37,042 nt of DNA. Origin: Promethearchaeota archaeon (GTDB lineage Archaea > Asgardarchaeota > Thorarchaeia > Thorarchaeales > Thorarchaeaceae). The stretch is from NCBI GenBank assembly GCA_014728035.1, contig WJMJ01000142.1, positions 1 to 37,042 of the forward strand, written 5' to 3'. A program made the position numbers and the translations under genes. Shown one piece after another: positions 30,212-37,042 of the stretch; within the stretch, counting starts at the first letter, position 1; each line of letters begins with the position of its first letter. The notes beneath the pieces were generated by a model. It had not been told where the DNA came from and made no database searches. It saw only the letters and a list, made by a program, of their open reading frames with translations.

Positions 30212-31186
30212 ATGGCTGATAGAGCGGTAATAGCTATTGGTGGTAATTCTCTCATCCGAGATAAGACCAAGACAACGATACCAGACCAGTACGAAGCAGC
30301 AGCTGAAACTTGTAGACACATTGCAGACATGGTTATCCAAGGATTTGATGTGGTTATCACGTCAGGAAATGGACCACAAGTGGGATTCATTCTAAGAAGA
30401 TCAGAGATTGCTAGTCACGAGTTACATGAGGTCCCACTGGACTATTGTGGTGCGGACAGTCAGGGAGCCATAGGCTATATGATTCAGAGAGCTTTGTACA
30501 ATGAATTCAATCGTCGAGGTATTGAAAGAACCGTAACCAGTCTCGTGACTCAGGTTCTAGTGAATGCGGATGATCCGGCATTCGAAAATCCAACTAAACC
30601 GATTGGAAGCTTCATGGATTATGAAACAGCAAAAGAACGAGCAGAGAAACAAAACTGGCAGATTCGAGAGGACTCGGGTAGAGGTTGGAGACGTGTAGTT
30701 CCCTCCCCTATTCCAAAGGAAATTATTGAACTTCCAGCAATCTCAGCATTGAACAAGGAAGGTATCATTGTCTATGCTGTTGGAGGAGGAGGAATCCCAG
30801 TAATAAAAGACGAAGAAGGCAATCTTGTGGGAGTAGAAGGAGTAATTGACAAAGACCGAGCATCCAGTCTTCTAGCATCTAGCATGGGCGCAAACCTCTT
30901 GATAATATCTACCTCAATTGAGCAGGTTATGTTGAATTATGGAAAAGAAAACGAAGAACCGATCAGTAAGATGGACCATATGCAGGCACAACGGTACATC
31001 AAAGAAGGTCATTTTGCCCCAGGAAGTATGTTACCTAAAATAGAAGCATGTGTAGACTTTATCAAGAATGGTGGAGAGATGGCAATTATCACAGACCCCC
31101 CCAATATCTCTCGAGCGCTCCGAGGAGAAACTGGTACTCGTATTGTTGAAGGATGGGCGACACCACCTGCTCCAGAACGCCGGTAA
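30212..31186 (+). CDS. arcC: Carbamate kinase
   Basis: IAIGGNSL, GNGPQVG, PTKPIG, RRVVPSP, GGGGIPV, VIDKD, GSMLPK. Confidence 0.95.
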   Translation: MADRAVIAIGGNSLIRDKTKTTIPDQYEAAAETCRHIADMVIQGFDVVITSGNGPQVGFILRRSEIASHELHEVPLDYCGADSQGAIGYMIQRALYNEFNRRGIERTVTSLVTQVLVNADDPAFENPTKPIGSFMDYETAKERAEKQNWQIREDSGRGWRRVVPSPIPKEIIELPAISALNKEGIIVYAVGGGGIPVIKDEEGNLVGVEGVIDKDRASSLLASSMGANLLIISTSIEQVMLNYGKENEEPISKMDHMQAQRYIKEGHFAPGSMLPKIEACVDFIKNGGEMAIITDPPNISRALRGETGTRIVEGWATPPAPERR

Positions 31187-31192
31187 TTCCAC

Positions 31193-31230
31193 AAAAAAAG
31201 AAGAAAGTGAGGGAGCTCATCTCCCTCATT
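31193..31230 (-). terminator. Hairpin plus U-tract terminator
   Basis: TGAGGGAG-CTCAT-CTCCCTCA with AAAAAAAGAAGAAAG on its left. Confidence 0.7.
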
Positions 31231-31239
31231 GTTCTACCG

Positions 31240-32326
31240 CTACGAACTACGCCTTTTTCGGAATATCAGAACCAATATGATAAGCAATGCAGTTCCACCT
31301 GCTCCAGCAGCTATCATTATAATCAGATCAAAATTCTGCGGTAGAATTGCACCAACTCGATTCGAGTCCGCAATCTCACCACCTGTTTTATGCACTCGAA
31401 CGGTGAAGAAATATGTCTTCTCAGGGACAAGTCCACTGATGATTGTCTGTACGGTATCTTGTTCCTCTATCAGTTGAGCTGTAGTGCCCATATCTGCTAG
31501 ATTGTTACTCATGAGAATCTCATAGTGAGAAAAGTCATTATCAGAATATCTACTCCAATTCAATTCAACAGTAGTACCAGAGATTATTTCTGGAGAGAAT
31601 AATTTGACTCCCGTTTCGGTCAAAGTTGTATCTGATGAGTCCAGAGTAATCGTGTAATGGTCTTGTTGACCAGGCTCGGTTGTCCCATTCACACCCTGGG
31701 TTATAATCTCACCATCCACAATCCGATTGAGCTCCATTCTATAATCACCAGTATCGGTTCCAGTGAGATTTACCTGATAGGGTAATCCAGAAGCATAGGG
31801 CATGAGAATACTCTTGTGACCATCATTCTCTACACAAACAGCTGGAAATTCTGATTTCACAGTACCCTCATCTGTCACGAGTACAGTACGACCTAACGGA
31901 TCCGTTATTTCAACATCAACCGGACTGAAGATATCCAGAGCCATCAACTGATTGAGAAGATCAGTGAATATTGTAAGTATACTATAATATTCTGAAGTTT
32001 CAGGATAGACACACATCCTATTCAAAGTGTGTTTCTTTGAGTAAGAACCCAAAGAATCAAGATAAGTACTGTCGAAAGTGCCATCAGCCTGTAGTAAAAT
32101 CCAATCATCATACATCCCAAAACTGTCTGTATAAACGTCCCAGTTGTTGTAGATGTAAATAGTCGCGGATCCATTTGCAAACAGATGGTTGTTGGCTTAT
32201 CCGTCTTGATGATTTAGATGGTTTTTCAATTTGCAATGCTGAAGCAGGTGCAGCAATCGATGAGACCAAAAACAGAGAGATTAGACCTATAACAATCACT
32301 CTAGTTAGATTATTACGAGTTAGCAA
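31240..32326 (-). pseudogene. Broken secreted FN3 surface protein
   Basis: Signal-peptide ORF (32326-32108, ...SIAAPASA) is out of frame with a C-terminal part whose frame is open from about 32195 (ANNHLFANGSATIYIYNNW...FSPVDVEITDPLGR...FN3...TM-RKRRSS). Confidence 0.65.
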
Positions 32327-32360
32327 GAAAGTAGTCCTCCAGATAGATATATAGCGTAAT

Positions 32361-32505
32361 CACTAGTTTTCTTTTGGAGATTTGATATAACCAAATCTCT
32401 GGATTTGTGGTTCAATATCTTATTGAAACTAGTGCGAATACCTACGTTTCGAATGAGTTTCAGCTCCTAACTGAAACGAGTCAAATTGTTGTTTTCATAT
32501 TCGCA
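32361..32505 (+). other. Candidate structured RNA/DNA element
   Basis: Nested inverted repeats: CACTAGTTT/AAACTAGTG, a 12-bp GAGATTTG stem with 3 G.U on +, TGCGAATA/TATTCGCA, and GTTTCAG/CTGAAAC flanked by ATGA...GA. Confidence 0.35.
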
Positions 32506-32607
32506 TATATAGAAATTGTAGACTAATATTCAAAGTTTTAACAGTAGTATACTGCTGATTTTCCGGTACATTAAAGACAGCTATTTAGTGTTCAATCTTG
32601 AATTAAA

Positions 32608-32988
32608 ATGAAACGTGAAGTAGTATCCACGGGCAAAGCTCCAAAAGCTATTGGACCTTATTCGCAAGCAATCAAAGCGAATGGATTTATTTTCTGCTCA
32701 GGTCAGATCCCATTCAATTCAGAAACTGATGAGATGGTGACTGGATCTATTACAGATCAGACTCGACAGGTTTTTACAAACCTCCGAAATGTTTTGGATG
32801 AAGCAGGTTCTTCTCTTGAAAAAGTTGTCAAAGTGACAGTCTTTCTAAAGAATATGGATGACTTTGGAGAGATGAATGAAGAATATGCAAGATGGTTCAA
32901 AGACACTCCACCGGCCCGAGCTGCTGTGGAGGTGGCAAGACTACCAAAAGACGTTGGGATAGAAATACAACTGATTGCTCTTGCATAG
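32608..32988 (+). CDS. ridA: RidA family 2-iminobutanoate/2-iminopropanoate deaminase
   Basis: APKAIGPYSQA, SGQIP, PARAAVEVARLPKDV (catalytic Arg present). Confidence 0.95.
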   Translation: MKREVVSTGKAPKAIGPYSQAIKANGFIFCSGQIPFNSETDEMVTGSITDQTRQVFTNLRNVLDEAGSSLEKVVKVTVFLKNMDDFGEMNEEYARWFKDTPPARAAVEVARLPKDVGIEIQLIALA

Positions 32989-33020
32989 ATACAGTTTGGA
33001 TTAGAATATCTGATTTCTAG

Positions 33021-33281
33021 CTAGAATCTACCCCAATATTTCGTTATATCAAAAAATAATGAAATTGGGGTCCCATCTGCAAGTTGGATGTCTATCACAT
33101 CAATGTATTTCCCATCATTATTCAGCAACGTCTGCTTGATTAATTTCCAGTCTCGGTTCTTAAGTCCATAAGCATCACGGATATACTGATACTCAGCATC
33201 GACTGCCTCAAAATGAGTGGTTATTTCAGATATAAATATAGGGTCATTTTCAGACGACCCACTACCTGCGAAACTCACCAA
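33021..33281 (-). CDS. Hypothetical protein
   Basis: 86 aa, SD GGAGA before TTG; globular-looking sequence ending FFDITKYWGRF. Confidence 0.7.
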   Translation of the reverse strand: MVSFAGSGSSENDPIFISEITTHFEAVDAEYQYIRDAYGLKNRDWKLIKQTLLNNDGKYIDVIDIQLADGTPISLFFDITKYWGRF

Positions 33282-33565
33282 TTAAATCTCCAAATATATT
33301 CTATGCTAGGTTTCATAAGAATTTATCGCAGTCATGTAACACACTTTAACCTCATAGCATAAATATTTCAATCCATGGTTTGAAATTCAGAAGAAAAATG
33401 ATGAAAAAAGAACTAGAATCTAGCTATAAATATGTGACAATTTTAGGTTACAAAAGAAAAAGCAATCTTTCAGTTGATTTCGTGGTATTATTAGTAGCTA
33501 AATAATTTTAAATTTGCCCGAGGCATGATTCTGGTAATTACTTTGGTATAAACAAGGTGTTAGAT

Positions 33566-34024
33566 ATGCATGAAAATCAAATTCAATCAGCTCTAATGAT
33601 AGGAAAAGGAAATCGTGCTTGGGTGCCAATTTTATCTAATGTTGTAACTGCGGGGCATTGGGGAGGAGGGCAATATACAATGGTAAATCTTGGTGGAAAA
33701 GGAAACTTTCTGTGTGTAATACCATTGCCATTTAAGTGTGGAGGTCTTAGGTTACATATTGACGCTCTTGAAGTAGGTGTTTATGACGCGGATCCTTCAA
33801 GTAAAATCAATAAAATTCACCTAGAGCGTGTAACTGGCTTTAATAGTAGAGAAAAATTTGATGTGACAACACAAGCACAGGACTCACCTGGTGATAAGAT
33901 ATTTTCTTTTAATCCAATCGACTTATCCGGAAGTAAAGCTGCCTATGTTAGAATAAACTATGTAGCTGAAGGAAAATCAAATCTTGAAATTTCCTATATT
34001 CGTGTTCGATGTTATTATGAATAA
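33566..34024 (+). CDS. Hypothetical beta-rich protein
   Basis: About 152 aa with alternating hydrophobic strands; SD AAGGTG before ATG 33566; AT-rich flanks. Confidence 0.6.
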   Translation: MHENQIQSALMIGKGNRAWVPILSNVVTAGHWGGGQYTMVNLGGKGNFLCVIPLPFKCGGLRLHIDALEVGVYDADPSSKINKIHLERVTGFNSREKFDVTTQAQDSPGDKIFSFNPIDLSGSKAAYVRINYVAEGKSNLEISYIRVRCYYE

Positions 34025-34355
34025 TCCAATCGAATGAATCTAATCCAAAAGGAAAGACAATCTCAATAAAATGAGTATTTGCTTTCCTCTTTCATTTATA
34101 ATATCAAAAAATGATTTTAACACTCATTCAAAGAATATCTTCATTGGATTCAGGAACATTTCATTTTATCGCAATTCACTATTATTGTACTTTGTTCTAT
34201 AAACGAATATTCTTAGAATTTATTCTGTATGAAAAAGTATCAGACTATACAAGACATTCACACTAAATATTGAGAGATAATATATAGCAAGCCGAAAGAG
34301 TATTATACCAGCATAATATAATAATTATATGAGTGAAAATAAAGAATGATTTACA

Positions 34356-35000
34356 ATGTCGGACTCAAAACTTCTACCAACAACATACCTAGCAGTTCTG
34401 TCACTTATTGCTGCAGGGGCTAAGTATGGTTATGAGATCAATAAACTTCTACAAGACAGAGGATATGACAATTGGTTGGATGTGAAATTTTCATCAGTGT
34501 ATAAAGCACTATCAGAATTAGAAAAACGGAAGTTGATTCAAGGTTCTAAAGACAATAAAGAAATCCAATCCTCAAAGAAGACATATTCGCTGACAAAACG
34601 TGGTGAAAAAGTTCTCAGAGAACAAATTACAGTCTGTCTATCGAATCCACCAAAACGAACACACTTGTTGGATCTTGGAATCTCTTCAATGATGCATCTC
34701 ACAAAACAAGAGGCAGTCACTGCTCTTGAAGCATATTTGAAGAAGCTAGAGGAACGAATTAACTTTCTCGAATCTAATGTACGTATCCTCAGTGATAGAG
34801 ATTTACTTGAAACTATGATCCAGGGGAATCTCATGAAAGAAGGTCCTGTGATGAGTGAAGACAATCTAGATAATCTCCCTCTTGTTCGTGCGTTGTTTGA
34901 AAGGCCTCTATTTGGTTTGAAAGCTGAAAAGCAATGGATTGAGAAATTCCTTGATGAGATTAACCGAAAAAATTGCGAAATTACATTCAAGAAGAGGTGA
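34356..35000 (+). CDS. PadR family transcriptional regulator
   Basis: YGYEINK, SSVYKALSELEKRKLI, KKTYSLTKRG winged helix; C-terminal helix with E..WI. Confidence 0.88.
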   Translation: MSDSKLLPTTYLAVLSLIAAGAKYGYEINKLLQDRGYDNWLDVKFSSVYKALSELEKRKLIQGSKDNKEIQSSKKTYSLTKRGEKVLREQITVCLSNPPKRTHLLDLGISSMMHLTKQEAVTALEAYLKKLEERINFLESNVRILSDRDLLETMIQGNLMKEGPVMSEDNLDNLPLVRALFERPLFGLKAEKQWIEKFLDEINRKNCEITFKKR

Positions 35001-35006
35001 TGAAAA

Positions 35007-36200
35007 ATGGGAAAGAAATTCAAACCCGCAGGAATAGATGATGATGTGATAAATCTCGATTTTGAGCATTATGGAGGAGGAAAGAACTGTCAGACCAGCG
35101 CACTGCAAAGACAGATGAACCACTATGGATTGAAGATATCGGAACCAATGCTGTTTGGAATCGGGTCGGGATTGGGATTCATCTATTGGTATATGAAGAG
35201 AATGCATGCTCCTTTTGCAGGTGGTATGAACAGTGGCAAATTTCCAGGTTTAATTGGTCGAATCATTAATAGACTGGGAGGATCTTGGAAAGTTCTTAAG
35301 ACATCTAGCACCAAACGTGCTCACAAACACCTCAAATCGGTGCTGCAAAAAAACCAACCTGCATTCGTCTGTGCGGATATGGCATATCTTCCACACCTGT
35401 TAACGGGAGAAGACGACCATTTTGGGCAACATACATTCTTGGTAATTGGAATTGATGAACAGATAGATGAAGCTTACCTATCGGACAGATTTGAAGGTGT
35501 AGTGACTATGCCCCTATCACAACTGCAGAAAGCTAGAGCTTCAAAGTATCAACCATTTCCAGCAAATAATCAAATGCTTAATGTTGAATTTCCAGTTGCA
35601 TTACCAGATCTGAAACAATTAATTCCCACGGCAATCAAGGACAATTGTGATTACATGCTGAATCCACCAATAAGGAACATGGGATGTTCTGGAATAAGAA
35701 AATGGGCAAAGGAATTACCAAAATATCCAAAATTTATTGCTGATAAGAGAACTTTGGTCAGAGCTCTTATGGAGCATTACATCTATATTGAAACTGGAGG
35801 AAGTGGTGGAGCTTTGTTTAGAAGATTATATTCTGATTTTCTTCTAGAGTCCGCAAAAATTCTTGGAGATTCAAGACTGAGTGAAACGGCACGAGAATAT
35901 GAAAAGATAGCAGATAAATGGACACAGATTGCGAATAATTTGCTACCGGAACATTGTGAAGCTTTGAATGGTCTTCGACATATCCAATTTAGGATTAATG
36001 AAATGCTGGAAAATAAGGGACTCAAATCTTTGTCTGCTGCGGAAGAGCTAGCTCAAAATGTCCCTACCTTGATTGATCAAGCAGAACACGAAGATATTTC
36101 GCAATTCGACAAAATCATTGAACCCGTGATAGAGCAATTATTGATGGTCGCTGATGAAGAAGAAAGAGTGCTTAAAGAACTGCTTCAATATAATTCCTGA
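35007..36200 (+). CDS. BtrH_N/DUF4872 papain-like protein
   Basis: CQTSAL, SEPMLFGIGSGLGFIY, DMAYLP, HFGQHTFLVIG, SDR, GSGGALFRRLYSDFL. Confidence 0.85.
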   Translation: MGKKFKPAGIDDDVINLDFEHYGGGKNCQTSALQRQMNHYGLKISEPMLFGIGSGLGFIYWYMKRMHAPFAGGMNSGKFPGLIGRIINRLGGSWKVLKTSSTKRAHKHLKSVLQKNQPAFVCADMAYLPHLLTGEDDHFGQHTFLVIGIDEQIDEAYLSDRFEGVVTMPLSQLQKARASKYQPFPANNQMLNVEFPVALPDLKQLIPTAIKDNCDYMLNPPIRNMGCSGIRKWAKELPKYPKFIADKRTLVRALMEHYIYIETGGSGGALFRRLYSDFLLESAKILGDSRLSETAREYEKIADKWTQIANNLLPEHCEALNGLRHIQFRINEMLENKGLKSLSAAEELAQNVPTLIDQAEHEDISQFDKIIEPVIEQLLMVADEEERVLKELLQYNS

Positions 36201-36239
36201 TTCCAGAAACATAGATAAGATTGAATCACATTTGGAGTT

Positions 36240-37004
36240 GTGTTACGCAGAAGCTATGTGGTAGAGCGTATGACTCAGAATGTAAAAACCAGAATCTTCT
36301 TCATTCTTACTTTGTTGATTATTTCATGCATTCCTCTGGGCATGATGGTATCAACAATTCATTATAACAGTCACCAATCACAGACTACAGGATTAACCTT
36401 TACAGAACATTCTTTTACATTGAATTCGGTGAACGTTTCGTAGTCTTTTGAGATATGGGGTCAATGTGTTATATCCTGACTGGACACTGAAGGCATTCCA
36501 CTAATTGTTTCAATATTTGAATCCGAAAACACAATTCCAGTGTTTTCAGCTACCGAGTTCATTTTACAACCAACTCACCAGCTTAAAATTGACATTGAAG
36601 GACCAGGATTCATAGAATTAACATTCGCAGGTACCAATTGTACCATATCTCTGGAGCCATTTGATGGGATGATACCACCATCACCTCCAAGTCGGTCAGT
36701 AATATTCATCCAACCTCCAACTCTGGTTTTTTCACTGCTAATTGCGATATTTGCGCTAGGTTTGCTTTACAACTATAGTATGCAACTTGTAAGAATTAGA
36801 TTAGATGTTGATACTCGCAGAGAGGAACATCTCAGAATAGAAAGACACAATCTTCCCATTACACTGGGCATAATTGCAATGATTGGGATGCTGCTAGTTA
36901 CACCGTTCATTTTTAGTTGGGCAAACTTGGACACCCGAGCGTTGTCCGTCCAGAAACGGTACTGGAACTGGCTCGGTCCTTTTCAGGGAATGTGTGTCTG
37001 GTGA
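36240..37004 (+). pseudogene. Membrane protein gene interrupted by two in-frame stops
   Basis: ORFs 36240-36443 and 36540-37004 share one frame, broken only by TAG 36441-36443 and TGA 36477-36479. Confidence 0.7.
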
Positions 37005-37042
37005 CCAGACCTTCATCGTGTATCATCCCACATAACCTCCTA

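Noticed and set aside
32440-32482. Hammerhead ribozyme (CTGA/GAAAC words)
   Set aside because: No CUGANGA core or three-stem arrangement on either strand.
32539-32552. TTAACAGTAGTATA upstream of ridA as another operator copy
   Set aside because: One mismatch, no clear TATA-relative position, and it overlaps a different near-palindrome; not counted.

Overview
Archaeal chromosomal window (TBP, GGTGA/GATGA-type Shine-Dalgarno sites, TATA-like promoters). The gene mix (orphan PAS histidine kinases, TPR proteins, FN3 surface proteins) suggests an Asgard/Thorarchaeia-like anaerobe, which is inference only. About 33 intact CDS: an iron/redox cluster (DUF5320, pirin, DUF134, DPS-like thioferritin and an un-called 54-aa 10-Cys peptide), tbp, site-2 protease, three histidine kinases, FadH-like reductase, PCD plus polyferredoxin, lactate permease, CobB sirtuin, an HTH-iscS-iscU operon, crotonase, amt, bacterial-type ligA, carbamate kinase, ridA and padR-btrH. 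Four loci are decayed or chimeric. I saw no rRNA, tRNA, CRISPR array or transposase. Best leads: (1) the IscS lacks both the PLP Schiff-base Lys and the PLP-stacking His but keeps the catalytic-loop Cys, suggesting desulfurase-independent Fe-S assembly; (2) a TWAAC-N4-GTTWA palindrome recurs just downstream of TATA-like boxes of four Fe/Fe-S genes, a candidate regulon of the Cys-tailed HTH protein; (3) a metallothionein/desulforedoxin-like microprotein; (4) a twin GTGCATATGCAC operator at DUF5320; (5) seven bacterial-style hairpin plus U-tract terminators; (6) a densely structured intergenic element with a K-turn/SECIS-like core.
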